From: a virus
Lineage: Duplodnaviria > Caudoviricetes
Virus record (IMG/VR): IMGVR_UViG_3300020045_004785
Location: 1-33,689 of that record
DNA length: 33,689 bases
Reading direction: 5' to 3' (one strand)
Shown here: positions 18,153-27,204 of the stretch, piece by piece
Numbering within the stretch: the stretch's first letter is position 1
Layout of the letters: each line of letters opens with the position of its first letter
Position numbers and translations under genes: made by a program
The notes under the pieces: generated by a model
What the model was told of the DNA's origin: nothing
What the model saw: only the letters and a program-made list of their open reading frames with translations
Database searches by the model: none

Positions 18153-18447
18153 TTGCCTTATACTCTATGGTCACTGGCGGTAGTATTGGCGTAACATACT
18201 GAATACTTGTATCTGATGGCCTGCCATATCCGTATTCAAATATAAGTTTAGCTGAATTAACATCCCCTTTTAAAGCTTTGTTGGCTAATGCCATTATTAT
18301 TCCCTGCATAAGGGTAATGCCATCCTTCTCATCCCCTAATACATTAGACATGATTTCATCTAGCTGTGGTAGCTTCTTCGGCCTTCCTTTTGGGTTCCCT
18401 GACTGCCCCTTTTTGAATTGGCCACGTTCTTCATTCTTTATCGGCAT
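18145..18447 (-). CDS. terS: Terminase small subunit (DUF5681-type N-terminus)
   Basis: GQFKKGQSGNPKGRPKK and KALKGDVNSAKLIFEYGYGRP; directly upstream of terL. Confidence 0.8.
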   Translation of the reverse strand: MPIKNEERGQFKKGQSGNPKGRPKKLPQLDEIMSNVLGDEKDGITLMQGIIMALANKALKGDVNSAKLIFEYGYGRPSDTSIQYVTPILPPVTIEYKASG

Positions 18448-18453
18448 AGCCTG

Positions 18454-19638
18454 TTATTTGCCTGTTTCTACGTATTTAACCCCGTTCTTCTTAATCTCAA
18501 TCGTTGGGTCAAGTTTAATCATTCTGTCTACTATTACTTGGCAGTATTTAGGGTCGAATTCCACAAGATATGCCTTTCTATTCATTTGGTGACAGGCCAC
18601 CATTGTTGTACCACTACCACCAAAACCATCTGCAACGATATCACCTTCCTTTGAACTGTTGCCTATTTGATAAGCGAATAATGGTATTGGCTTCATTGTT
18701 GGGTGTTCCGCGTTTCTACTCGGCCTATCAAACTCCAATATGGTTGTTTGCTTTCTATCGCTGTACCATCCGTGTGCTGCGCCTTCCTTCCATCCATAAA
18801 GGCACGGCTCGTGCTTCCATTGGTAATCCTGTCGACCCATTACCATGCTGTTTTTAATCCAAATAAGGCATTGCTTGACCATAATACCAGCATCAGACAT
18901 TGCTTTTCTAAAATTAGCTCCTTCGCTATCTGCATGCCACACATACCATGAACCTCCAGCTTTCGTGTAACTTCCAAGGGCGGTGTAAAAGTCATATAAG
19001 AATTGGTAGAAATCTCCGTCCGACTGATTATCATTAACAATTGTTAGATTTTTCTTTGTTTTGCCCTCATAGGCCACATTGTAAGGTGGGTCAGTTACGA
19101 CTAAATCGGCCATATTATCGCCAAATAAGGCTTTAAACGTATCTGTCTGTGTACTATCCCCACATATAAGGCGATGTTGGCCTATATCGAAGATGTCCCC
19201 CAACACTATATCTGTTTCAATACCGCCTTCAGGAACATCAAAGTCATCTTCTTGGGCATCTTGCTTTAAGTCAAAGCCTGGTATATCTAAGCCCCATTCT
19301 GTTACTTGTTCAATATCCCATTCGTTGGCTATCATTTCCCAATCCCACTCTCCAAAGCCTACGTTGTCTTTAATAATGAACTCTCGTTGCTGTTTTTCGG
19401 TTAGGTCTGAGGCTTTTATGATTGGCACTTCCTTTAGTCCTGCTTCTTTACAGGCTTTTAATCTCATATTGCCACCAAGAACTATCATGTGTTCGTTAAC
19501 GACAATTGGCCTTATTTTAAGCATTTCAGGAAAATCTTTAATAGACTTAACCAACTTTAAAAACTTCTCATCCTTAATTAATCGTGGGTTGTTTGGGTTG
19601 GTTTTGATGTCCGATATTTTGACTATTTCGGTTTTCAT
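18454..19638 (-). CDS. ParB-like domain fused to an N6-adenine/N4-cytosine DNA methyltransferase
   Basis: N-terminal NPNNPR...GGNMRLKA; catalytic TDPPY; HPTMKP; SAM-binding DGFGGSGTT (beta-class motif order). Confidence 0.9.
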   Translation of the reverse strand: MKTEIVKISDIKTNPNNPRLIKDEKFLKLVKSIKDFPEMLKIRPIVVNEHMIVLGGNMRLKACKEAGLKEVPIIKASDLTEKQQREFIIKDNVGFGEWDWEMIANEWDIEQVTEWGLDIPGFDLKQDAQEDDFDVPEGGIETDIVLGDIFDIGQHRLICGDSTQTDTFKALFGDNMADLVVTDPPYNVAYEGKTKKNLTIVNDNQSDGDFYQFLYDFYTALGSYTKAGGSWYVWHADSEGANFRKAMSDAGIMVKQCLIWIKNSMVMGRQDYQWKHEPCLYGWKEGAAHGWYSDRKQTTILEFDRPSRNAEHPTMKPIPLFAYQIGNSSKEGDIVADGFGGSGTTMVACHQMNRKAYLVEFDPKYCQVIVDRMIKLDPTIEIKKNGVKYVETGK

Positions 19639-19709
19639 TACACCCCGTAAATAAATTCGTAATTAGTGGCCTCGGCCTCAATTAACAGTTGTATCAATAT
19701 TCTTTTCAT
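19638..19709 (-). CDS. Possible 23-aa micro-ORF MKRILIQLLIEAEATNYEFIYGV
   Basis: Spans the gap; its TAA overlaps the methyltransferase ATG (TAATG). Confidence 0.3.
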   Translation of the reverse strand: MKRILIQLLIEAEATNYEFIYGV

Positions 19710-19983
19710 CTTTTGCTGGGTTAGTGAATGTTAATTGTCCTAAACTTATAAAAATATCCCCTCCACAAGTAGCGTGGTGGACTGACATTGGTATTCCGTA
19801 TTCTACTCTTAGACCTATGGATGAGTTTTCTAATGCCCCTGTAAACTGTAAAATTTTAAATGGGAAAGTAAGATTTGTTTTCAAAAATCCCATTGGCTCG
19901 TTGCATAGTCCACAATAGCAGATTTGTCCGGCTTCGAGTATTCCGTCTTTATGTTCAACGATTATGGTTTGCTGACTGTCCAT
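19678..19983 (-). CDS. Hypothetical protein, possible zinc binder
   Basis: CGLC and HATC motifs; preceded by a promoter motif. Confidence 0.6.
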   Translation of the reverse strand: MDSQQTIIVEHKDGILEAGQICYCGLCNEPMGFLKTNLTFPFKILQFTGALENSSIGLRVEYGIPMSVHHATCGGDIFISLGQLTFTNPAKDEKNIDTTVN

Positions 19984-20012
19984 GTTGTTTTGTTAGGTGT
20001 CCGACCTAAATG

Positions 20013-20020
20013 CAAATATA
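20013..20020 (-). promoter_or_regulatory. -7 promoter element (TATATTTG) followed by a 6-bp leader hairpin
   Basis: Octamer in the intergenic gap; TTAGGT-N5-ACCTAA inverted repeat at 19993-20009. Confidence 0.55.
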
Positions 20021-20030
20021 GTTATTTTTA

Positions 20031-20747
20031 TCACTTGTGTCGCCACCAACTAACCCCGTTTGGTTTTTCGTTCTTTCTAAAGACGGTGTTAACCTGTACC
20101 CCGTGCTTATATCTGTCCTTAAAATGTTTAAAAATTACGTAGTTGTGTACTGCCATATCAACGCTTATGTTGTCGGGTAGGTTGCATTCGCTTTGGTATT
20201 TGGTTACTAATTCCAGGTATTCCAGCACTACCTCTCTTTTTCCTCCAACGATTCCACAGTTCAAAAGTCGGTGTTTACGGTTTTCGATTATGATTTGGTT
20301 ATAGTCGGGCATTGTAACGTAGGGGGCTTGGTGGGTTTTCATCCACGGGCTGTCTACTGTTGCGTGTTTTTCATCACCTGCCCAAAGGAAGTCCCCTAAA
20401 TCAGTTTTAAAAGGGTTTATGTAGCATTCTACATCGGTTGAATCTACTAGGAAAACATGGCTAAAGTCAGTTTTACGGCAATATTCCCTAAACACATACC
20501 ACCTATAAGCATTTCCTGATACTGTAAATTGAGGTCTAAGGTTTTCAATGGCATAGGCTTGAGTGTCCTCATCCGAAAAACAATCTGAAGCTATTAAAAG
20601 AGGTATTGAAAATTTGCTTACTGAATCTATTAATGGGTAAAGTAATCCCCTATCCGGCTTGCGGGTTTTATCCCTTTCAGGCTCCCATAAACGATGCCCA
20701 TCGGATAAGGTGGTAAAGTAAGCTGTAAATATTATTCCGTTGTTCAT
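20031..20747 (-). CDS. GT-A fold glycosyltransferase-like protein
   Basis: FLVDSTDV, LLNCGIVGG and DMAVHN motifs resemble nucleotide-diphosphosugar transferases. Confidence 0.6.
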   Translation of the reverse strand: MNNGIIFTAYFTTLSDGHRLWEPERDKTRKPDRGLLYPLIDSVSKFSIPLLIASDCFSDEDTQAYAIENLRPQFTVSGNAYRWYVFREYCRKTDFSHVFLVDSTDVECYINPFKTDLGDFLWAGDEKHATVDSPWMKTHQAPYVTMPDYNQIIIENRKHRLLNCGIVGGKREVVLEYLELVTKYQSECNLPDNISVDMAVHNYVIFKHFKDRYKHGVQVNTVFRKNEKPNGVSWWRHK

Positions 20748-21340
20748 AACTTACTCATAAATTCTTCAACCGTTACCAAGTTAAGGAGTTCTTTTCGGTT
20801 CTTTTCGAAGTACTCCCATGTTATTTCCGGTAGTTCTTTTGGCTCTTGGTGCTTTCTCCAAACTACACAGCATCCGTAATCTATATCTACCGTTAAAAAA
20901 TTAATGTTTGGGTTACTTCCGAGGGTCGCTGCAAATCGGTAACAATCCCCTGTCCATTCCTTTGTTTCTCTTGGAACCTTTGTTATTGCTTCGCTGTGGG
21001 GTGAACAGTCGTGTAATACTATAAATCCACCGGGTTCTAATCTTGCCAGTACATTATCGAAATCCTTTTTTACCTGGTCGGCATGATGTAAACCATCAAT
21101 AAATGCAAGGTTGAAAGTTTGGCGGGTGTGGGCTTTATGTTCAAAAAACTCATCACTCGTACCCTTGAAAATATATCCGTTTGATTTGCACTTTTGGCAA
21201 ATTTCAGGTTCTACGCCTTGTTTTTCGGGGCAGTCGATTAGATTAAAGTTGTTTTCGGGAAACTGGATGCCAATTTCGAGGTATTTCTTCAGCTGATATT
21301 TCTTTGCTAGGTACTGTAAGATGTGGGTATGGTTCTTCAT
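20744..21340 (-). CDS. Class I SAM methyltransferase (Methyltransf_24-like)
   Basis: YLEIG, FIDGLH and LEPGGFIVLHD motifs. Confidence 0.85.
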   Translation of the reverse strand: MKNHTHILQYLAKKYQLKKYLEIGIQFPENNFNLIDCPEKQGVEPEICQKCKSNGYIFKGTSDEFFEHKAHTRQTFNLAFIDGLHHADQVKKDFDNVLARLEPGGFIVLHDCSPHSEAITKVPRETKEWTGDCYRFAATLGSNPNINFLTVDIDYGCCVVWRKHQEPKELPEITWEYFEKNRKELLNLVTVEEFMSKL

Positions 21341-21975
21341 TTTTTAATGTGTTTGGTGAATATAAACTCCTGTGAACTGGAGTAATCGAAATCAAATTTA
21401 GTGATTATGTTTTCATATCCCATCGATGATTTGGCGAAGGCTATTTGGTCCCGTATTGAGTTATGACTTAACTCCTTCCACCAATCTTCACACAGGGCTT
21501 TTACTTCAGGGGTTCGGCTTCTGATTAATATTCCCGATTGAATAAGACCGTTATTTCTAGGAACTACATTTAGATAGCTGTTCATTTGCTTTATAAGGTC
21601 GTTCTTATCCCCTCTGTTTTGGGCTATACATACTTGGGCTTCCTCAAATACATCGTTTCTCCACGGGTGTTTAGGTGCTGAAAATTGGCCTTTGTGATTA
21701 TTTTCTACAAATTTATCTAAGTTGCAATTAATGGTAAAGGAACCGTCAATCCAAATAGATAATTGAGATTCGATGAACTTGTGAAACATCAGCTTTACAA
21801 ATCTTGCAGCGCCTTGTTTTGTTAGGATGGGGTCATTCATTTGTTTTATATCCCAATATTTCGACTTTAAAGGCTGGTCTGTGAAGCATACGTATGACCA
21901 TCCCGGAGTAACTACCCACGGGTCTTTTAACTCGTCATAGGGGCCGAAAATCGCTGTATAAATTACTTTCTCCAT
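21337..21975 (-). CDS. DUF616 (TOD1/MUCI70-like) glycosyltransferase domain protein
   Basis: YTAIFGPYDEL, VCFTD, SIWIDG, HPWR and RDQIAF motifs. Confidence 0.75.
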   Translation of the reverse strand: MEKVIYTAIFGPYDELKDPWVVTPGWSYVCFTDQPLKSKYWDIKQMNDPILTKQGAARFVKLMFHKFIESQLSIWIDGSFTINCNLDKFVENNHKGQFSAPKHPWRNDVFEEAQVCIAQNRGDKNDLIKQMNSYLNVVPRNNGLIQSGILIRSRTPEVKALCEDWWKELSHNSIRDQIAFAKSSMGYENIITKFDFDYSSSQEFIFTKHIKK

Positions 21976-22910
21976 GCCTCAATCATTTCTGAAATCATAC
22001 TCTCAAATGTGTATTCAGGTTTCCATCCTAGCTCCTTAATTCTTGAACAGTCCCCTTTTAGGTATGGTAATTCCTCCGGTCTGAAAAATTTAGGATTAAT
22101 CGTTACATAATCTAAATAGTTTAGGCCAAGTTTGGTAAAAACATAATCGCATAATTCACGGACTGACCTCGTTTCTCCGGTTGCTACTACCCAATCTCCT
22201 GGTTCTTGTTGCATGATTAAGTGCATGGCTCGTACGTAGTCTTTTGAATGACCCCAATCTCTGAAGCTGTCAAGGTTGCCAAGTTCTAAAGTCTTTTGGG
22301 TTCCGTTTTTAATGTTGACCGCTGCTTTTATTATCTTGTTGGTAACAAAATTTGAACCTCTGCGTGGGGACTCGTGGTTAAAAAGGATGCCATTGTAGGT
22401 CTTAAACCCTTGACTTCTGTAATGTCGGGTGAAGTGGTAGGCTCCCAACTTCGAAATTCCATAAGGGCTAACTGGTAGCATCTTTGTTGATTCCCTTTGG
22501 AACCCGTCCACGTCTACTGAGCTTCCAAACATTTCACTACTGGATGCCTGATAGTATTTTGTTTTAGGCCAAAAATCTTTAATACACTCCAAAATTTTCA
22601 ACGGCCCGGCTGTATTTGTTAAAAGGGTAAAAGCCTGTAAATCGCTGCTTATTCTTACATGGCTTTGGGCCGCTAAGTTGTATATCTCGTCCGGTTGGCT
22701 TTGTTGTATAGCGTGGAAAATACTACCCTCATCTAAAAGGTCTGCATAGTAGGTTGTTATTTTACCTTCCAAATGTCCGATTCTGCTTTCTTGGTGTTCG
22801 GGCGTGGAGTTTCTTCGGATTGTACCATGTACCTCGTAGCCTAAACTTAGTAGGTATTCAGCTAAATAGCTTCCATCTTGTCCTGATATCCCGAAAATTA
22901 AACAGCGCAT
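21963..22910 (-). CDS. gmd: GDP-mannose 4,6-dehydratase
   Basis: GISGQDGSYLAE, YNLAAQSHV, YQASSSEMFG, SPYGISK (YxxxK), LFNHESPRRG and RDWGH. Confidence 0.95.
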   Translation of the reverse strand: MRCLIFGISGQDGSYLAEYLLSLGYEVHGTIRRNSTPEHQESRIGHLEGKITTYYADLLDEGSIFHAIQQSQPDEIYNLAAQSHVRISSDLQAFTLLTNTAGPLKILECIKDFWPKTKYYQASSSEMFGSSVDVDGFQRESTKMLPVSPYGISKLGAYHFTRHYRSQGFKTYNGILFNHESPRRGSNFVTNKIIKAAVNIKNGTQKTLELGNLDSFRDWGHSKDYVRAMHLIMQQEPGDWVVATGETRSVRELCDYVFTKLGLNYLDYVTINPKFFRPEELPYLKGDCSRIKELGWKPEYTFESMISEMIEAWRK

Positions 22911-23620
22911 TGTTCCATCATTTTTTGAACGTTTGGGTAAGTGGTATCATTCCCGGTGTCTTGTCCTCCTGGTATTGCATCCATTAAAAGTATTCCCCTT
23001 GCTGCATCTTCAGGGGTCATGTAATAGTGATAGCCTAGCATTTTAACGTGGTTCGGGTCGGTGTAGGGTAAACTCATATCCCTTCCATCGTAACGGGCTA
23101 AACGCAGCCAATTTGCGGCTTGCTCATCGTTGGTGATTACTACTCCACCCCTGCCAATCGGTATTCGTTTTTTGATTTGAAAGCTAACACATTGTAAAGC
23201 ATCCCCGCCTACGTACATTCTCTCCATCCATCTTACCGCCCCATCATATACCCTTGTTCCTTTTAATTGATAGATTCCTGTCCATGGGTCATCGTGATAG
23301 GTTACGCTAAACCCTATTCTTTTTAACATCATTGGAACGGAAATATAGGTATGTGCCGGAATACCTATAATCCGCTTCTTAATTTCTCCAATGCTCATTA
23401 AATATCTTAAACTTAATTCCATTGCGTGAGTACAACAGTCAACAGTTACAGCGTATTTAGCTCCTGCGAAGTCTGCTATCTTTTTTTCGAAGATGGAAAT
23501 TATTTCACGTGGGTCCTCAAAGGGATATTTTTCTCTTATCGCTTCCAGTTCGGGACGTTGTAGTTCGATGGGAACTTTGCCGTTGGGCCAAGAGTTATAT
23601 ACCACTTTATCTTCACTCAT
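22898..23620 (-). CDS. Shortened DegT/DnrJ/EryC1/StrS-family PLP aminotransferase
   Basis: FEKKIADFAGAKYAV, IPAHT, SFQIKK...GRGG (PLP-lysine motif) and GYHYYMT; only 240 aa. Confidence 0.8.
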   Translation of the reverse strand: MSEDKVVYNSWPNGKVPIELQRPELEAIREKYPFEDPREIISIFEKKIADFAGAKYAVTVDCCTHAMELSLRYLMSIGEIKKRIIGIPAHTYISVPMMLKRIGFSVTYHDDPWTGIYQLKGTRVYDGAVRWMERMYVGGDALQCVSFQIKKRIPIGRGGVVITNDEQAANWLRLARYDGRDMSLPYTDPNHVKMLGYHYYMTPEDAARGILLMDAIPGGQDTGNDTTYPNVQKMMEQCAV

Positions 23621-24239
23621 GTAAATTATTTTTCATTAGTAAATTACCAAAGTTCCCTTCAAAATTATACGTTCCAAGTATTGTCCAATCAGGTAACAAA
23701 GCTAATAAATCTTGCTTAGATATTTGCCCTTCGTACAATTCTTTATCACTAAATTCTATGTATAAATAACGGGTATTTTTCAACGTCTTTTTAGCCCCGT
23801 TAATCACTTCTTTTTCGGCCCCGTTAACATCACACCAAATGAAGTCTATCGTTTGATTTTGGAGTACATAATCATTCCACGTGTCTAATTTAAAACACAT
23901 CACCTTTACTTCTTTGTTAAAGTGAACCTGAGGCCATATCTCTAAATGGGCTTTAGGTTTAAACATTGAACCGCTTGCTCCTTTAGTAGCCTGATTAAAT
24001 ACTATTGGGCCGTCATTGTTTCCAATAGCGGTATGGTATAAGGTTAGTTTTGGGTTTAATTTATTTAGTTCCTTCCACTTTTCCTGATTAATTGGGTCGG
24101 CTTCGAAGCAATGAATTTCGGGGCTGTCAAAAAGTTGGGATAGTTCGCTTGCATCCTTGCCGTTAAAACTTCCAATGTCCAAAATAATTGGGTCGGGCTT
24201 GCCGATAAGTTTTACTATTTCTTCTTTAGACATATCCAT
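23613..24239 (-). CDS. FkbM-family methyltransferase
   Basis: LDIGSFNG, CFEADP and IDFIWCDVNGAE...YLYIE motifs. Confidence 0.88.
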   Translation of the reverse strand: MDMSKEEIVKLIGKPDPIILDIGSFNGKDASELSQLFDSPEIHCFEADPINQEKWKELNKLNPKLTLYHTAIGNNDGPIVFNQATKGASGSMFKPKAHLEIWPQVHFNKEVKVMCFKLDTWNDYVLQNQTIDFIWCDVNGAEKEVINGAKKTLKNTRYLYIEFSDKELYEGQISKQDLLALLPDWTILGTYNFEGNFGNLLMKNNLHE

Positions 24240-24781
24240 TATTTTGTCGCTTGTAAGTTAAGTGAAATTAATCTAGATTCATAATCGCTTGTAGGTATTT
24301 TAGCCATTGAGTGGTCGTCAAACATTCTATGCTCTGTGTCGTATATGTCCCATAAATAAGGATTTTTAAATCCTGTTTTTATTAGTAACCTATAAAGACT
24401 TTCAAAATCATAAACCGTCTTGTGAAATATTTTATTATCCCCCATTTTCATCATTCCAAAAAGTGGGCCTGTTAATCTATCTAATGAAACTTTTTCATTC
24501 AGATAAAGTTCTGCCAATGTTTTGAAATTTGGAACCGATAATCTCAAAATACCTCCCGGTTTTAAAACTCTTTTCCACTCAGTTAAAACCTTAATCACTT
24601 CTTCGCTGTCAAAATATTCGAGGGTATGTGAGCTGTAAATTAAACTGAACGTATTATCTTCATAAGGAAGGTGGTCTAAATCCCTTATGCAAGTGCTGTG
24701 AGGGTACTCCTGCCCATCGATTTGGGTCCACTCATTTCCAAAATCACGGGGGCCCGCCCCTATGTGCAATTTAGTTTTCAA
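24239..24781 (-). CDS. Class I SAM methyltransferase (Methyltransf_11-like)
   Basis: LHIGAG, IYSSHTLEY and RVLKPGGILRLSVP motifs. Confidence 0.85.
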   Translation of the reverse strand: MKTKLHIGAGPRDFGNEWTQIDGQEYPHSTCIRDLDHLPYEDNTFSLIYSSHTLEYFDSEEVIKVLTEWKRVLKPGGILRLSVPNFKTLAELYLNEKVSLDRLTGPLFGMMKMGDNKIFHKTVYDFESLYRLLIKTGFKNPYLWDIYDTEHRMFDDHSMAKIPTSDYESRLISLNLQATK

Positions 24782-25382
24782 TTCCTTCTAAGTTTAGTTT
24801 ATAAATATCATTTTTTCGAACTCCTTCATTGTGAATAACAACGTTCTCAGGAAATCCAACTATTTTCCATCTATCGTTTTTAGGATTTTGAGTTTCCCAT
24901 TTCCACGGTGTTAAACCGGGTTTCATTGAGCCTACTAAAAACTCCCTGTTCCATATTGCGGGCTGTGAGCTTAACCTATAATCGGCATCACTACTTACCC
25001 AAAAAAATGCACCACTTATATTGTGGCCTCGTTTCATTGATTCATTTGTTAAACATAATTTGCCAATAGTATTGCTAAAGGAAATTAGATTTAGCAAACG
25101 TTCAATCTTCGCCTTATCAACTGGTGCTTTTATAAAGCTATCCTCCATCATCCAAACAAAATACTCAGGTTGCTTTTCAAAATACGGCTTTAAATCATCC
25201 GTGAAATATTCCGGGCCTCGTTGCTCACCTAAAGATACCCATGTACAATTATCAGGTAGTTCCATGTCAGGTTTTTTATAACCTACTAACTCAAATGGTT
25301 CGCCCCAAAATTTATTATACAGCTTAAAAAATATTGGTAAGCAATGATGGTATTTGTCGCTGGTTGTAATTATAATCTTCAT
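24771..25382 (-). CDS. Putative glycosyltransferase-like protein of glycan loci
   Basis: WMMEDSFI acidic motif and SQPAIWNREFL...TPWKWE; cluster context. Family not confirmed. Confidence 0.45.
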   Translation of the reverse strand: MKIIITTSDKYHHCLPIFFKLYNKFWGEPFELVGYKKPDMELPDNCTWVSLGEQRGPEYFTDDLKPYFEKQPEYFVWMMEDSFIKAPVDKAKIERLLNLISFSNTIGKLCLTNESMKRGHNISGAFFWVSSDADYRLSSQPAIWNREFLVGSMKPGLTPWKWETQNPKNDRWKIVGFPENVVIHNEGVRKNDIYKLNLEGIEN

Positions 25383-25780
25383 AGAAATACTTTATCTTGT
25401 TCAATACCTCGATATGGCCCTGTCTTTACTTCATAAACCAAAGTCCCTGGTTCTAATATCTCGTAGGTATGCCCACCAGCTAATGTTATAGAAGCGTCCC
25501 CTGCCTCTAGTATTACCTCCTTTATAATCTTATCATCTGCCCCGTATAAAATTGCTTTTACACTTCCTGCAATTACTATCCAACTTTCTTGTGCAATGAT
25601 ATGATTAGGGCCAAACTTATGAATGTGTTTATGTGGTTTGAAAGTTGTTCCCGTTGGTAGATTTAAAGCCGCCATCTGCAAATGATTGTTTGGTTCTATA
25701 ATATCAAACCTACTTACATCAAAATCTTCACGCCTATAAATGATGTGGAATAGCTCTCCACCGCTTAATATCTTTTCCAT
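25379..25780 (-). CDS. Cupin-fold protein (WbuC-like)
   Basis: PHKH...QESWIV...GGHTYEIL...EVKTGPY cupin metal-binding motif. Confidence 0.75.
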   Translation of the reverse strand: MEKILSGGELFHIIYRREDFDVSRFDIIEPNNHLQMAALNLPTGTTFKPHKHIHKFGPNHIIAQESWIVIAGSVKAILYGADDKIIKEVILEAGDASITLAGGHTYEILEPGTLVYEVKTGPYRGIEQDKVFL

Positions 25781-26526
25781 TATAACTTAAATTGATTATC
25801 CTCAACATTTAATCCCCTACCTTCGCCCCTTGTTTTTCTACCTGCCCATTGGTCGAATACACTTCCAATATCTAAAGCTACCCCTCCTAAATCTCTAAAC
25901 CAGTTACAATAGTCTTTAATTATTCCGGTTCCTGTTAAACATAAACTTATAGATACTGGCATTCCTTTCATCCATCTTTCAATGTCTTTATACTGGTCAG
26001 GATAATGATTCATTCCTTCATAGCCGTTTGTAAACTTGGCTTCCGGTGCTATAATATAACTGTGTACATTCTTTACTCCAACAGCTTTAAATTGTTCATC
26101 CAAATTTCTGCATGAAATATAACATAGGTTTTCAAGGCCGTTCAAAAGTTCTAAATACTTTCCTTCATGTAACCATTGGTAACGATAATCTAAATCAATG
26201 GTGTTTTTTAGTTCTACCCCGTGACTATTTAATCGTTTTTCGCATTCGTACCAATATTTATTAAGCCCTTCTCTTGGATTAAGTTTTAAGGCAACTATAT
26301 CAGCGTTCCGATAAGCATCTAAAAGGTTGTCGGCTATCTGTTCTGCTACATCAATAGCTGGGATGAATCCAAATTGACGCTTAAAAATCATTTTAACCAT
26401 GTCAATATCTTCGAACCTTTCGATAATTGCCATTTCTCCATCACCCCCCGCAATTACCGATAAAGACTTCCGTTCTTTTAGGCTGTCTTTTACTAGTTCA
26501 AAAAGTTGTTCTGACCCGTATATCAT
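25780..26526 (-). CDS. GT-D fold-like glycosyltransferase
   Basis: SVIAGGDGE near the N-terminus and VALDIGSVFD near the C-terminus match GT-D-like hallmark motifs. Confidence 0.65.
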   Translation of the reverse strand: MIYGSEQLFELVKDSLKERKSLSVIAGGDGEMAIIERFEDIDMVKMIFKRQFGFIPAIDVAEQIADNLLDAYRNADIVALKLNPREGLNKYWYECEKRLNSHGVELKNTIDLDYRYQWLHEGKYLELLNGLENLCYISCRNLDEQFKAVGVKNVHSYIIAPEAKFTNGYEGMNHYPDQYKDIERWMKGMPVSISLCLTGTGIIKDYCNWFRDLGGVALDIGSVFDQWAGRKTRGEGRGLNVEDNQFKL

Positions 26527-27059
26527 TGAATATGTCGCTTGTCGTTAATGCCTGTTTCCATCCTGTAATAATGTAGTAAATAAACCCCTTCCATTAGTAG
26601 GATTTTCTTTTTATGGTCTAAAATCTTTTGAGAAAACCCATTATCTACCGATAAAATACCTATCCCTTCAGGAAATTTACCCACTTCCTCCCATGTTTTC
26701 TTTTGAACTATCATGCAATGCCCTGAAATAATGCCGTGAAGCTGCTTTACTTGGTGTTTGCGGGCATAACAATCTGAAGCTATACGTTTGTGCTTTAAAA
26801 TATCCCTTTCGTTTGATATGTGCCTATTGTAGCATTGCTCTAAACATCCTACTCTATTGGTTAAACAGGTAAAAAGTCCGGTGTCTGGGTGTAAGTCTAT
26901 TATTTGTTGGATTTGATGGCCGTAATCCGGCATTAAAAACATCGTATCACCATCAGTAAGGCAAGCCCAATCATCTTGGTTTGGCAAAAGTGCCATGTAA
27001 TCATTGTAAGCCTTTCCTAAGTCCTTATCGGTTGAATAAGGGTTGAAGTAATAAATCAC
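26523..27059 (-). CDS. GT2-like glycosyltransferase
   Basis: LGKAYN, CLTDGD (DxD), SGHCMIVQKKTWEEVGKF and VDNGFS motifs; GTG start. Confidence 0.7.
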   Translation of the reverse strand: MIYYFNPYSTDKDLGKAYNDYMALLPNQDDWACLTDGDTMFLMPDYGHQIQQIIDLHPDTGLFTCLTNRVGCLEQCYNRHISNERDILKHKRIASDCYARKHQVKQLHGIISGHCMIVQKKTWEEVGKFPEGIGILSVDNGFSQKILDHKKKILLMEGVYLLHYYRMETGINDKRHIQ

Positions 27060-27082
27060 TTTTTAAGTGTAATGGTTGAATG

Positions 27083-27114
27083 CGAAGGTAAAAATAAAAT
27101 TTGGAAGAAACAAA
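27083..27114 (-). promoter_or_regulatory. Proximal promoter of the glycan operon, TTTG-N20-TACCTTCG
   Basis: One mismatch to TAnnTTTG at 27083-27090; TTTG at 27111-27114. Confidence 0.5.
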
Positions 27115-27115
27115 T

Positions 27116-27152
27116 AAAAAGAGGTGGAAATTCCAGTAACCACCCCCTTTTT
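27116..27152 (-). terminator. Intrinsic terminator-like hairpin, possibly bidirectional
   Basis: AAAAAGAGGTGG...CCACCCCCTTTTT imperfect inverted repeat flanked by A and T tracts. Confidence 0.6.
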
Positions 27153-27173
27153 GAAATTTCGATATAGAAAATA

Positions 27174-27204
27174 CAAATATAAAAATAAATTTGGAAGTAA
27201 CAAA
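27174..27204 (-). promoter_or_regulatory. Distal promoter TTTG-N19-TATATTTG
   Basis: Perfect consensus; its spacer is a near copy of the proximal promoter spacer. Confidence 0.7.

Noticed and set aside
18454-19638. Restriction-modification or partition system
   Set aside because: No cognate endonuclease or ParA; ParB-methyltransferase fusions next to terS are common in phages.
20031-27059. Host O-antigen or capsule locus flanking a prophage
   Set aside because: The cluster has phage genes on both sides, uses compact overlapping ORFs and lacks wzx/wzy/ABC export and priming transferase genes.
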